Of a stretch of DNA of 64,000 nucleotides, positions 30,409-42,386 are shown in pieces. How positions within the stretch are numbered: the stretch's first letter is position 1; the number at the start of each line of letters is the position of its first letter. The notes beneath the pieces were generated by a model, which was given only the letters and a program-made list of their open reading frames with translations, had not been told where the DNA came from and did no database searches. Made by a program: the position numbers and the translations under genes. Source of the stretch: Thermodesulfobacteriota bacterium. GTDB taxonomy: Bacteria; Desulfobacterota_D; UBA1144; Nemesobacterales; UBA2774. The stretch lies in the NCBI GenBank assembly GCA_965223335.1, contig OZ244991.1, positions 1,888,001-1,952,000 of the forward strand. Reading direction: 5' to 3'.

Positions 30409-31125
30409 ATGAGAAAGAATAGGAGAAAGAACAATCAACTGAGGCCGGTAAAGATCGAGAGGGGTGTGATGAAATACCCTGAGGGCTCTGCATTGATAGA
30501 GATGGGTGAGACTAAGGTGCTTTGCTCTGTAACCGTAGAGGATAAGGTTCCGCCCTTTCTAAGGGACAGCGGTACGGGCTGGGTTACAACCGAGTACTCT
30601 ATGCTGCCCAGGTCTACACAGTCCCGAAACACACGCGAGAGTGTGAGGGGGCGGATCGGGGGCAGGTCGCACGAGATTCAGCGCATCATAGGTAGAGCGC
30701 TCAGAGCGGTGGTGGACCTGGAAAGGATGGGAGAGAGGTCGCTCATAGTGGACTGTGATGTGCTACAGGCCGACGGGGGCACACGCACGGCATCTATCAC
30801 AGGTGCCTTCGTGGCGTTATCGGATGCAGTCCTATTTCTCATGCGTGAGGGTCTACTGGATCAGAACCCGATACTGGACTTTATAGCGGCTGTGAGTGTG
30901 GGGGTAGTGGATAACAAGCTTATGCTCGATCTCGACTATGACGAGGACTCGAAGGCCGAGGTGGACCTAAACGTGGCAATGACCGGAAGCAGCCTTTTGG
31001 TGGAGGTGCAGGGCACAGCCGAGGAAAAGCCATTTAGCAAAAACAGGCTCTCAAGCATGGTCGGTCTTGCGGAGAAGGGTGTTAAACAGCTTATAAACGC
31101 TCAAAAAAAGGTGCTGACCGAATAG
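30409..31125 (+). CDS. rph: Ribonuclease PH
   Basis: [39 protein letters not shown]. Confidence 0.98.
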   Translation: MRKNRRKNNQLRPVKIERGVMKYPEGSALIEMGETKVLCSVTVEDKVPPFLRDSGTGWVTTEYSMLPRSTQSRNTRESVRGRIGGRSHEIQRIIGRALRAVVDLERMGERSLIVDCDVLQADGGTRTASITGAFVALSDAVLFLMREGLLDQNPILDFIAAVSVGVVDNKLMLDLDYDEDSKAEVDLNVAMTGSSLLVEVQGTAEEKPFSKNRLSSMVGLAEKGVKQLINAQKKVLTE

Positions 31126-31141
31126 CTACCGTATTCTAACG

Positions 31142-31744
31142 ATGAAATTCAGAGAAAAAATCCCAGAAATCGTTCTTGCAACGCGTAATGAAGGTAAAGT
31201 AAGAGAGTTTCAAAAGCTACTCGGAAGCTTCATTGATAGGGTGCTCTATCTTAAGGATTTCGAAGATATACCGGAGATAGTCGAAGACGGAGAGACGTTT
31301 CGGGAGAATGCGCTTAAAAAGGCGCGGGTGGTCACGGAGTATACGGGCCGTGCTGTGATTGCGGATGATTCGGGCCTCGAGGTGGACGCATTGGGGGGGA
31401 GTCCCGGAGTATACTCTGCCAGGTATGCAGGGGAAGGGGCTACGGATAGAGAGAATATCGATAAGCTGCTCGGGGAAATGTCTGGTGTAGAAAACAGGAA
31501 AGCAAACTTTGTTTGTTACTTGGCTCTGGTATTGCCTGGCGGTGAGGAGCATGTGGTGTCGGGTAAGTGTTTTGGTGAAATAACCAAGGCTCCCAGAGGG
31601 GAGGGGGGGTTTGGCTATGACCCTGTATTTTTTGTGCCTTCCAAAAACCGAACGATGGCAGAGCTAAGCCCGGAAGTAAAAAACTCGATTAGTCACCGGG
31701 CAAATGCAATGAGGGCTCTAGCGGAGCTTTTTGACAATATTTAA
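31142..31744 (+). CDS. rdgB: dITP/XTP pyrophosphatase
   Basis: ATRNEGK, ADDSGL, PGVYSARY, GFGYDP, SHR. Confidence 0.96.
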   Translation: MKFREKIPEIVLATRNEGKVREFQKLLGSFIDRVLYLKDFEDIPEIVEDGETFRENALKKARVVTEYTGRAVIADDSGLEVDALGGSPGVYSARYAGEGATDRENIDKLLGEMSGVENRKANFVCYLALVLPGGEEHVVSGKCFGEITKAPRGEGGFGYDPVFFVPSKNRTMAELSPEVKNSISHRANAMRALAELFDNI

Positions 31745-31794
31745 TGTAACCACCAATAAATTGTGTGTTTTCTACCAAAAATTTTGATTAAGTA

Positions 31795-31823
31795 TTGCAA
31801 GATTTTAGTGATTCGAATATATT
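31795..31823 (+). promoter_or_regulatory. Putative sigma70 promoter of pyrG
   Basis: TTGCAA (31795-31800)-17-TATATT (31818-31823). Confidence 0.6.
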
Positions 31824-31886
31824 AATATGAACCTACTAGGTTCCACCGTCTCACTGGCGGTTATGTTCTTTCAATAAGGAACTTGA

Positions 31887-33500
<1,614 letters not shown>

Positions 33501-33518
33501 GCACCGGTCGGAAAATCT

Positions 33519-35537
33519 ATGCTTACAAAGCTTCCTTCACCCAACGATATTGTGCTATTTAGGAAACGGAAGGAGTCGACATTCGGTATTTTGACCGATG
33601 CCCCCACGGAGAAGGTGCGTTTATTTTCAGAGGAGGGTAAGGAGCTTGAGGTCGATGTGGAGAAGGTCGTGTTTAATTCGGGCATAAGTGTTGAGGGCAC
33701 CCTTACGGATGCCGAGAAGAAGATAAGGCTCCGAGCGATGCGCCGGGAGCTTGAGGCGAGAAAAGCAGAGGTGGACCTCTGCACTCTGTGGGAGTGTGTG
33801 GAGGGGACTAAAGAGCTCTATAGCTTTGATGAGCTCCTTGAGCTCTATTACGCTGATGAACCGAGACCGCATGGCGATGTGTTGCTATTGTTCTGGGCAA
33901 TAGACAAAGACGATATATATTTCAAACGCCAAGACGGAGGGTATGAGGTAAAGGACAGCGAAGAGGTTGCGGCCACTATAAAGAGAAAAGAGGTGGAGGC
34001 GGAGAAGAAAAAGGAGAGGAAGGCAGCGCTTAGGTGGGCACGGGGCATAATGAATGGTGAGACAGATAATACCGATCCTGAGTTCGATCCCGCTTCATAC
34101 ATAGAGCTTATAAAAGGGTACGTAATATTTTTAGATAAATTCGAGAGACTGAGTGAGGCCAAATCATTTATCTCAGAGGTAGGGATAAAGGATATGGAGG
34201 GTGCCATCGAGTTTTTAATGTCGATAGGCGAGTGGTCTGAGGACAATGACCCGCTTATTAAAAGGTATGGGATAAAAGAAGAGTTTTCTCGGTCTGTGCT
34301 AGATGAGGCCTGTGAAATTGCTCGTGGTGTGCCGGAGATGGCAGGTGTCACTGATCTTACCCATCTGGAGATATATTCCATTGACGATGAGGACACGGTA
34401 GATATCGATGATGCAATCTCGCTTGAGCAAAAGGACGGGGGCTATGAGCTAGGCATACACATATCGAATGTGGCGGCACTGGTGCCTCAATGCAGCCTGC
34501 TCGACGAAGAGGCGGCGAGGAGGGGCGAGACCATATATCTGCCCGAAAAAAAGATTCATATGTTTCCCCCTGAGCTTGTGAATGAAAATCTAAGCCTTTA
34601 TGAGGGAAAAGAGCGAAACGCGTTAAGCCTGATAGTGGGATTTGACGAGAATCTAAATATTAAAAACTACAGATTCTTGCAGTCGCGTATAAAAGTTAAA
34701 GCCAATCTCTCGTATACCGCGGCGATTGAATTTATAGACACTGACGAAACCGCTAAGAAACTGGAACAGATAGCCCTTAACCTAAGAGACATGAGAAATC
34801 GTGCGGGTGCCTTTATCCTACAGCTCCCAAACCTTAAGATCGATGTTGATGAGGACGGCGAGATTCACATTAGAAAGAACTACATGGACACGAGGGCACA
34901 TGTGGTGGTCACAGAGTTTATGGTGCTTATGAACTACCTGGCGGGCAGGTTCTTTAAAGAACGGCGGGTGCCCGCTATCTACAGGTCGCAACCCGAAGCT
35001 GTGGGCGACGATGCAAGGAGCATGGACAGAGCGGACCCGCTCTTTGCGCTTAAGGTGGTAAAACACCTAAAACCCTCTAAGACCGGACTCGACCCCATGC
35101 CGCACAGGTCTCTCGGGGTCGATGTATACGCGCAGATCACCTCGCCGATACGCAGGTATGTCGACCTGATATTGCAGCGCCAGATAGTAGGGGAGCTTAC
35201 CGGGGAGGGGCCCATATACAGTGAGCAGGACCTGGAGACCATCTTTCCCAGGGTTGAGCTCGGGGTTAAGGATAAGAAGTTAATTGAGCGTAGCCGTGTT
35301 CGTTACTGGCTCTTTAAAAAGCTTCGGGAGCTAAAAGGTCAGGAGCTCACGGGTGTAGTGCATAACATAAGCGGTACCAGGGTAACCGTATATATTAAGG
35401 ATTATCTGTTCGAGGTGCCAATATCGTTGCGCCCCGGTCTGGAGCTGGCGCAGGGGGATACTGTAAGTCTGAGGATCGAGAAGGTCGATCCGTTGAGAAG
35501 AAGAATAAGGCTTGTGCCGCTTGGGGTTTCAGACTGA
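33519..35537 (+). CDS. RNase II/R family exoribonuclease (RNB plus S1)
   Basis: SIDDEDTVDIDDA catalytic motif, TSPIRRYVD, C-terminal S1-like domain. Confidence 0.9.
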   Translation: MLTKLPSPNDIVLFRKRKESTFGILTDAPTEKVRLFSEEGKELEVDVEKVVFNSGISVEGTLTDAEKKIRLRAMRRELEARKAEVDLCTLWECVEGTKELYSFDELLELYYADEPRPHGDVLLLFWAIDKDDIYFKRQDGGYEVKDSEEVAATIKRKEVEAEKKKERKAALRWARGIMNGETDNTDPEFDPASYIELIKGYVIFLDKFERLSEAKSFISEVGIKDMEGAIEFLMSIGEWSEDNDPLIKRYGIKEEFSRSVLDEACEIARGVPEMAGVTDLTHLEIYSIDDEDTVDIDDAISLEQKDGGYELGIHISNVAALVPQCSLLDEEAARRGETIYLPEKKIHMFPPELVNENLSLYEGKERNALSLIVGFDENLNIKNYRFLQSRIKVKANLSYTAAIEFIDTDETAKKLEQIALNLRDMRNRAGAFILQLPNLKIDVDEDGEIHIRKNYMDTRAHVVVTEFMVLMNYLAGRFFKERRVPAIYRSQPEAVGDDARSMDRADPLFALKVVKHLKPSKTGLDPMPHRSLGVDVYAQITSPIRRYVDLILQRQIVGELTGEGPIYSEQDLETIFPRVELGVKDKKLIERSRVRYWLFKKLRELKGQELTGVVHNISGTRVTVYIKDYLFEVPISLRPGLELAQGDTVSLRIEKVDPLRRRIRLVPLGVSD

Positions 35538-35547
35538 ATGTGGCTGC

Positions 35548-36954
35548 CTAGTTATTCCTCAACGCCTCTAACATCTCTTTAACATTGGTGAATTTCACAC
35601 GCGGTCTTCCGAGCTTTTTGCCGCGCTCTATCTCCATTTGGTCCAGGCGTAGCCAATCTTGGTAGCTTATATACTGGGGTTGTCTCTCTTTTACGAGCTT
35701 GTGGATAGCGTCGGGGTGGGGGTGGGCGGGCTTTAAGTGTTTGCCTGCCTCAATGTCCTCTACAATACAGTCGACCGTTTCGCTGGAATCCTTTTTGTTA
35801 GTACCTATAACCCCGCTCGGCCCTCTCTTAATCCACCCGGTTGTATATAGACCCACAATGTGCTCTTTAGTGTCAGGATGTATGACGCGTCCTTTTTCGT
35901 TGTGAATTACTCCCCATTGGTCATGGAACGGGACCTCGGGCAAGGGGACTCCCTGGTATCCGATAGACCTGAAAATAAGCCCGCAGGGGATCTCTTCGAA
36001 CTGCTCTGTGGGTTTGGGTCTAAGTGCCCCTGAATCGGTTTTATAGAGCTCGTTTTTAACAACCCGCACTGCCCGCATTTGCCTGGACTCGTCTTCTAGG
36101 ATCTCGGTAGGTGATACCAAAAACCTTATATGCAGGTTATGTGATTTATCTTTATCCGGTGGGGTGGTTGCATACTCTTTTAATATCTCTATTTTCTTTC
36201 TAGTTGAGTTGTCGTCGGTTTCCTCCAGCCACTCTTGGGTGTAGTCGTCCAGTTCCATCTCTTCGGGTTTAACAATTACGTTCGAGTCTTCGAGCTTGCC
36301 GAGCTCGCGTATCTCGGGGTTAGTGAAAGCTGCTTGTGCGGGACCTCGCCTTGCGAGCATATATACGTTTTTGACCTTACTGTTTTTGAGTGCTTCAAGA
36401 GCGTAGTGGGCGATATCGGTCTGTTCGAGCTCGTTTACGGTACGGCATAAAATGCGTGCAACGTCCACCGCCACATTGCCCGCACCTACCACGGCGACTG
36501 ATTCGCAGGAGAGGTCGAATTCGAGCTCTTCGTAGTCGGGGTGGCCGTTATACCATGCCACAAACTCAGTGGCAGTGTGGCTGCCCCTTACATCTTCGCC
36601 GGGGATATTCATTCTTCGGTCGGTCTGGGCCCCTGTGGCAAAGACGATTTTGTGGTAGTGATTCATGAGGTCTTTTAGGTCTATGTGATTGCCGAACTCC
36701 ACTAGACCGAAAAAGCGGAACCCGGGGTTTGAAGCTATCTTGTCATAGACCTTTGTTACCGTTTTGATCTTGTGGTGGTCGGGTGCTACACCGGAACGCA
36801 CCAGCCCGTGGGGTGTGGGCAGGCGGTCGAACATATCAACCTCTATCGACAGGTCCTTTTTCCGAAAGAGATGGTCTGCAGTGTAAAATCCCGCCGGGCC
36901 CGAGCCTATGATCGCTACCCTGTATGTAATGTTGTTCTTGTTGTTCTCAGTCAT
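35548..36954 (-). CDS. Ferredoxin--NADP+ reductase (FprA/adrenodoxin reductase type)
   Basis: GSGPAG, GLVRSGVAPDH, FVAWYNGHPD, GAGNVAVD, GWIKRGPSGVIGTN. Confidence 0.93.
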   Translation of the reverse strand: MTENNKNNITYRVAIIGSGPAGFYTADHLFRKKDLSIEVDMFDRLPTPHGLVRSGVAPDHHKIKTVTKVYDKIASNPGFRFFGLVEFGNHIDLKDLMNHYHKIVFATGAQTDRRMNIPGEDVRGSHTATEFVAWYNGHPDYEELEFDLSCESVAVVGAGNVAVDVARILCRTVNELEQTDIAHYALEALKNSKVKNVYMLARRGPAQAAFTNPEIRELGKLEDSNVIVKPEEMELDDYTQEWLEETDDNSTRKKIEILKEYATTPPDKDKSHNLHIRFLVSPTEILEDESRQMRAVRVVKNELYKTDSGALRPKPTEQFEEIPCGLIFRSIGYQGVPLPEVPFHDQWGVIHNEKGRVIHPDTKEHIVGLYTTGWIKRGPSGVIGTNKKDSSETVDCIVEDIEAGKHLKPAHPHPDAIHKLVKERQPQYISYQDWLRLDQMEIERGKKLGRPRVKFTNVKEMLEALRNN

Positions 36955-37200
36955 ATATCACTCGTCTCTAAGCTATTTGCAATTAGATATGAAAATTGGG
37001 ATTAAAGATTCGAATTTATATAAGAGTTTTTATCACTCATCCCGCTATCTTTACTGAGCATATGATAATACGCCCGCTCAAGCAGCAATTATTATACCGA
37101 GAGAATCCGAGCTGGGTAATAAATTATCGTAAGTTGTTTAAAAATTACGGACACTGTATGATGTAGGGTGAATGTTTGATGGGGACTACTAGAAGAATAT

Positions 37201-39504
37201 ATGAGCGGAAAGAATATAGTACAAAGGGCTGATTTCCATCTTAAGATTGTACAAGAAATTAGTGACATCATTAATAAGTCCACCGGGCTAAACACTATCC
37301 TCAGACGTGTAGTGAACAAGATTGCAAGCTCGCTGCACTTTGATGTTGTATCGATATACATATGGGACAACGAGAAGGAAAAGCTTATTCTGAGGGCGAC
37401 AAAGGGACTGCATGTGGACCCGGGGCGTGACCCCATCACACTTAATCCCAATGAGGGGCTTACCGGTCTAGTCTACGAGACTGCAAGACCGATCACAGCA
37501 ATGCCGGCCTCTAGGCACCCCCGTTACAAATATTTCCCCGAGATAGGCGAAGAGGAGTATGAGAGCTATATAGGAATACCCATAATACTGCAGAACAGGT
37601 GCATCGGGGTGTTGGTAGCGCAGACCAAAGAAAAGAGGCTTATAAACCCGGCGGAGGAGACTCTGTTTCAGATTATATCGTCGCGCTTGGCCGGGCTGCT
37701 AGAGGTTGCGGACCGTCTTGAGCGGCTTAAATCCCCATCTGTAAGACAGCACAAAACAAGGACATACCAAGGTAAAGGGGTCTCGAGCGGGTACGCGATA
37801 GGCAACGTGTTTTTGTTCCGGGGGCTCTTTCAGCAGGTCGATGCCGATGCTCTTTCAACCACTGATACTGAGCAAGAGGCCAAGAGGGTACTCGAGTCTA
37901 TTGCTAATGTAGAGCGTGACCTTGAAGACCTGATCAAAACACTTGACCGCGAAGCTATACTCTCAAAAGCAGAGATAGATATATTTAGGGCGCACCTGCT
38001 TATACTCCAGGGTGCTACGTTTCGTGACGCTATTCTGGAAAAACTAAAGGATGACGATATCCCCGCAGAGCTTGCCATTGTGGGCGCGATAGAGGAGATT
38101 GCGGAGCAGTTTGAAGGCCTTAGCGACAGGTACCTGAGAGAGAAGGCACAGGATTTTAGAGACATCGGTGAGAGGATACTCCAGGACCTAATGCGCTCTC
38201 AAAAGACAGAGCCCAACCAGCCCGAGCCTGTGGACGGATCTATATTGGTGGCCTATGAGATAGGGCCGTCGTTTGTTTCCATGCTATTTAAGCATAAGGT
38301 CTCGGCAGTGTTGATGGAGCAGGGGGGTGAGACCTCGCACGCTATAATCATAGCAAAATCGCTGGGTATACCTGCGGTTGTGGGCATTGATAATATATGT
38401 AACCAGGTGAGGCCGGGCGAGAAACTAATCATAGACGGCAAGACGGGGTTTGTGTTTACAAACCCTGATGAGAAGCTCGTTGAGGAATACGAGACCAACT
38501 ATGAGAGGTTTGAGAAGGTAAAGCAGGACATAGTGAGCGAGGGGCAGGAGTCGACGGAATCAAAGAGTATAGGCATCAAACTAACAGCCAACATTGGGTT
38601 TCCGATTGACATTGACCTGGCCCGGCAGTTTCATATGGAGGATGTGGGGCTATTTAGAACAGAGTTTGCCTTTGCGCAGTACAACAAATGGCCGCGTGTG
38701 CGTCAGCAGGTAAAAATCTATAAGGAGCTTGCCTCAAACTTCAGCGGCTACGTTACCGTTCGCACACTGGACATAGGAGCCGATAAGCTTTTGCCCTACC
38801 TCGATTTTCCTAAAGAAGACAACCCGTTGTTGGGGCTTAGAGCCATAAGGTTTTCCATGGAGCACCTCGACCTCTTTAGGGATCAGATAAGAGCTATACT
38901 ACTTGCAACAAAGAAGGGCTGTCGTTTTCGTATCATGCTCCCGATGGTAACTAACATCTGGGAGGTGGAGACAGCCAAGGAGCTTGTGGACGAGATTGCA
39001 AAAGAGATAGGCCTTAGCAAAAGGGATATACCCAAGCTTGGCATAATGATGGAAGTGCCTGCGATACTCTACCAGCTCGAGGACTATAAGAAGCTCATAG
39101 ATTTTGTGTCTGTGGGTACAAATGACCTGATACAGTACATACTGGCGGTGGACCGTAACTCGAACATGGTGGGACACCTGTATTCGGGATTCCATCCCTC
39201 GGTGCTAAGGATGCTGGATGACATCAGGGTAGAGACAGAGGCCGAGGGGCTGGAGCTGTCGGTGTGTGGGGAGTTGGCAGGCACACCCGCAGGGGCCCTT
39301 GTGTTAATAGCTCTCGGGTATAAGCAGCTAAGCGTATCGCCCTCGCATGCACCGGTGATACGATATATGTGCAAGAAACTGAGTCGTAAACTTTTGAACA
39401 CGATTGCAAAAGATATACTTGTGGAAAATAAACAGTCGGACATAAAGCGCTATCTGATAGATGTGTTGGATTCGTTAGACCCCTCACTACTTGAGATTGA
39501 GTAG
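37201..39504 (+). CDS. ptsP: GAF-domain PEP-protein phosphotransferase, enzyme I-Ntr
   Basis: N-terminal GAF; GGETSH phospho-His, GLFRTE, GTNDLIQY, VCGE. Confidence 0.93.
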   Translation: MSGKNIVQRADFHLKIVQEISDIINKSTGLNTILRRVVNKIASSLHFDVVSIYIWDNEKEKLILRATKGLHVDPGRDPITLNPNEGLTGLVYETARPITAMPASRHPRYKYFPEIGEEEYESYIGIPIILQNRCIGVLVAQTKEKRLINPAEETLFQIISSRLAGLLEVADRLERLKSPSVRQHKTRTYQGKGVSSGYAIGNVFLFRGLFQQVDADALSTTDTEQEAKRVLESIANVERDLEDLIKTLDREAILSKAEIDIFRAHLLILQGATFRDAILEKLKDDDIPAELAIVGAIEEIAEQFEGLSDRYLREKAQDFRDIGERILQDLMRSQKTEPNQPEPVDGSILVAYEIGPSFVSMLFKHKVSAVLMEQGGETSHAIIIAKSLGIPAVVGIDNICNQVRPGEKLIIDGKTGFVFTNPDEKLVEEYETNYERFEKVKQDIVSEGQESTESKSIGIKLTANIGFPIDIDLARQFHMEDVGLFRTEFAFAQYNKWPRVRQQVKIYKELASNFSGYVTVRTLDIGADKLLPYLDFPKEDNPLLGLRAIRFSMEHLDLFRDQIRAILLATKKGCRFRIMLPMVTNIWEVETAKELVDEIAKEIGLSKRDIPKLGIMMEVPAILYQLEDYKKLIDFVSVGTNDLIQYILAVDRNSNMVGHLYSGFHPSVLRMLDDIRVETEAEGLELSVCGELAGTPAGALVLIALGYKQLSVSPSHAPVIRYMCKKLSRKLLNTIAKDILVENKQSDIKRYLIDVLDSLDPSLLEIE

Positions 39505-39569
39505 CAAGTTGTAAGTGGTAAGCATACTTTTAATTTCAGTACCTTTCGGTATTGTATATCCCCTAAAAA

Positions 39570-40484
39570 ATGAACATTACCAGAACACATAAGATACTGT
39601 TCGCACTAACTGTAGCCACGACACTGATCCAGGGTTACGTGTTTGAGGGTAGTGTGTTGAGTGCGGTTTCATTCTCTGCGGCACTACTGTTTATACTAGG
39701 CTCACATGAGATGGGCCACTACCATTTTGGCAGGAAATACGGTGTTAACATTACCCCGCCATACTTTATCCCGGCCCCTCCTTACATCTCACCCATCGGT
39801 ACATTTGGTGCATTCATAAAGATTAAGTCCCCGATCACGAACAAAAGAGCTCTGTTTGATATAGGTGTTGCAGGCCCATTAGCAGGTATAGTGGCGACAA
39901 TCCCGGTACTCATAATCGGGCTTAAACTCTCTACGATTGTGGAGGCGGATAGTTTTTATTCGCGCCCCGATGTAATGATCCTTGATTTTGGGAACACGCT
40001 TATTTTCTCGTACCTCTCAGACTTGGTATTGGGCAAAGTAGCTAGCGGATATGCGGTAGAGCATCATCCCGTAGCATTTGCAGGTTGGGTAGGTTTATTT
40101 ATCACCGCGCTTAATTTGATCCCTTCGGGACAGCTGGACGGGGGTCATATAATATATTCACTCGTATCTAAAAAGGTACACTCCGCAGTCTCGATCTCAA
40201 TGGTAGTGATATTGGTGGTAATAGGTCTCGGGACCGTACCGTTTTTGAAGCTGTCTCAGATGATATGGGGTGGGGATCTGCCCTCTTGGATAAGCTCGGT
40301 GCCCGTCTATGACGGATGGCCCGGGTGGATACTATGGGCAGTTCTGCTCACAATTTTGGGCACCAAACACCCGCCTACCATAGACGAGCACACGGGGTTG
40401 GACTTTAAGCGTAAGGTGCTAGCGGTGGTTGCGCTGCTGGTTTTTATCGGCTGTTTTTCACCGGTACCGATAGTTGTGCGCTAG
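39570..40484 (+). CDS. Site-2 protease (M50)
   Basis: HEMGH, AGPLAG, NLIPSGQLDGGH. Confidence 0.93.
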   Translation: MNITRTHKILFALTVATTLIQGYVFEGSVLSAVSFSAALLFILGSHEMGHYHFGRKYGVNITPPYFIPAPPYISPIGTFGAFIKIKSPITNKRALFDIGVAGPLAGIVATIPVLIIGLKLSTIVEADSFYSRPDVMILDFGNTLIFSYLSDLVLGKVASGYAVEHHPVAFAGWVGLFITALNLIPSGQLDGGHIIYSLVSKKVHSAVSISMVVILVVIGLGTVPFLKLSQMIWGGDLPSWISSVPVYDGWPGWILWAVLLTILGTKHPPTIDEHTGLDFKRKVLAVVALLVFIGCFSPVPIVVR

Positions 40485-40718
40485 GGCTTTTCATAATTGC
40501 CATTTCTATTTATAATAGTAGGGCTTACTGCAAAGGGGTGATACATAACATCTAATTAGATTTATCTATTTATAAATCGATTTGAAAAAAATTAGAGTTT
40601 AGGTAATGTTTTGTGATTCATAAGTTCAAGTTTTAAGCTTGTTCTAATAAGAATCCGACAAAAAATATATATACATTACAAGAATGCAGGAAATTTTACT
40701 GTATAAGGAGGAAATATC

Positions 40719-42014
40719 GTGGCTAAGGATACATTAACTATCACTGATAATAGAACTGGTAAGTCTTATGAGATCCCTATAGAAAACAGCACTATTAGGG
40801 CCATGGATCTTCGTCAGATCAAGGTTAAAGAGGATGAGTTCGGGATGATGAGTTACGATCCTGCTTTCGGAAATACCGCTTCATGTATAAGCGAAGTAAC
40901 TTTTATTGACGGAGAGAAAGGGCAGCTTATGTACAGGGGCTATCCGATTGAGGACCTGGCTAAAAAGAGCAACTACCTAGAGGTTGCATACCTGCTTTTA
41001 TATGGTGAGCTGCCGACTCAATCGCAGTACAACACTTGGGTGCATGACATTACTCATCACACTTTTATTCACGAGAACATAAAGAAATTTATGGACGGTT
41101 TCCGCTACGATGCACACCCCATGGGTATGCTGATGGGCACTGTTGGGGCACTCTCGACCTTCTATCCGGAGGCTAAGGATATATTCAACGCCGAAAACCA
41201 GGATATTCAGATCCAGCGCCTAATAGCAAAGATGCCTACAATGGCTGCATTTGCCTATCGCCATTCCGAGGGTCAGCCCTATGTTTACCCCGACAACGAC
41301 CTTAGCTACGCGGGGAACTTCTTGAACATGCTGTTTAAGATGACAGAGCAAAAATACAAACCGAACCCGGTAATTGAAAAGGCTATTGATGTGCTGTTTA
41401 TCCTGCACGCGGACCACGAACAGAACTGTAGTGCAAGCGCAATGCGTAACGTGGGAAGCTCGCTGCCTGATCCGTACTCCTCCACAGCCGCTGCTATCGC
41501 GGCACTCTATGGACCGCTCCACGGCGGGGCCAACGAGGGAGTGCTGGAGATGTTAAACGAGATAGGTTCTAAGGATAATATCCCCAAGTACATTAAGCGT
41601 GCAAAAGCCGGTGAGTTTAGGCTTATGGGATTTGGGCACAGGGTCTACAAGGCTTATGACCCGAGGGCAAAGATAATCAAGGACATTGCACACGATGTGT
41701 TCCAGGAGACTGGGAAGAACCCGCTTTTGGATATAGCACTCGAGCTCGAGAGGATTGCGCTTGAGGACGATTACTTTGTAAAGAGAAAACTCTATCCCAA
41801 CGTGGATTTCTACTCGGGCCTTATATATCAGAGTATGGGGATCCCTGTGGATATGTTTACCGTACTCTTTGCAATAGCACGTACATCGGGTTGGCTGGCA
41901 CAGTGGAGAGAGCTCCTAAACGATAAAGAGAGGAGGATTGCCCGCCCACGTCAGGTATACCTGGGCAAGAAAAACAGAAAGTACGTGCCTATTAAAAAGC
42001 GCAAAAAGAAATAA
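40719..42014 (+). CDS. gltA: Citrate synthase
   Basis: HADHEQN, GPLHGGAN, GFGHRVY, PNVDFYSG. Confidence 0.97.
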   Translation: MAKDTLTITDNRTGKSYEIPIENSTIRAMDLRQIKVKEDEFGMMSYDPAFGNTASCISEVTFIDGEKGQLMYRGYPIEDLAKKSNYLEVAYLLLYGELPTQSQYNTWVHDITHHTFIHENIKKFMDGFRYDAHPMGMLMGTVGALSTFYPEAKDIFNAENQDIQIQRLIAKMPTMAAFAYRHSEGQPYVYPDNDLSYAGNFLNMLFKMTEQKYKPNPVIEKAIDVLFILHADHEQNCSASAMRNVGSSLPDPYSSTAAAIAALYGPLHGGANEGVLEMLNEIGSKDNIPKYIKRAKAGEFRLMGFGHRVYKAYDPRAKIIKDIAHDVFQETGKNPLLDIALELERIALEDDYFVKRKLYPNVDFYSGLIYQSMGIPVDMFTVLFAIARTSGWLAQWRELLNDKERRIARPRQVYLGKKNRKYVPIKKRKKK

Positions 42015-42034
42015 CAGCCTACATTGATCACGTG

Positions 42035-42370
42035 CTACGTATGTGAGAAGTGTTTGCTGATGAGGTTGTTGTAGTAATAATCAACTAGATACTCAAGGGA
42101 GGTAATATATATATCTATTACCTCCTTCTTTACATCTTCCCCATTTATATCCTGAATTTTGTTCTCTATGGTTTCAAGATAAGACTCTTTTAATGTCTTG
42201 GAGTCGTCTCTGACAATGACCTCGATGAGGGATACGTCTTGGAGGTCGTACTTCTTTGCCTCAAGCGTAGTCCTTAGTAAAGAGCTAAGGCCATCTATGG
42301 GTTTTAGGCTGCTCTCAAGTATAAACTCTTCAAACAGTTTGATCAGATCTTCGATATATTGTGGCTGCAA
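42035..42370 (-). CDS. Hypothetical helical protein
   Basis: TTG start after GGGAG; last gene of a minus-strand run; no family recognised. Confidence 0.65.
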   Translation of the reverse strand: MQPQYIEDLIKLFEEFILESSLKPIDGLSSLLRTTLEAKKYDLQDVSLIEVIVRDDSKTLKESYLETIENKIQDINGEDVKKEVIDIYITSLEYLVDYYYNNLISKHFSHT

Positions 42371-42386
42371 TGTGGGGCTCCCGGTG

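Noticed and set aside
31827..31877. 16-codon uORF MNLLGSTVSLAVMFFQ before pyrG
   Set aside because: ATG is only 3 nt after the predicted -10, so probably upstream of the TSS; no SD
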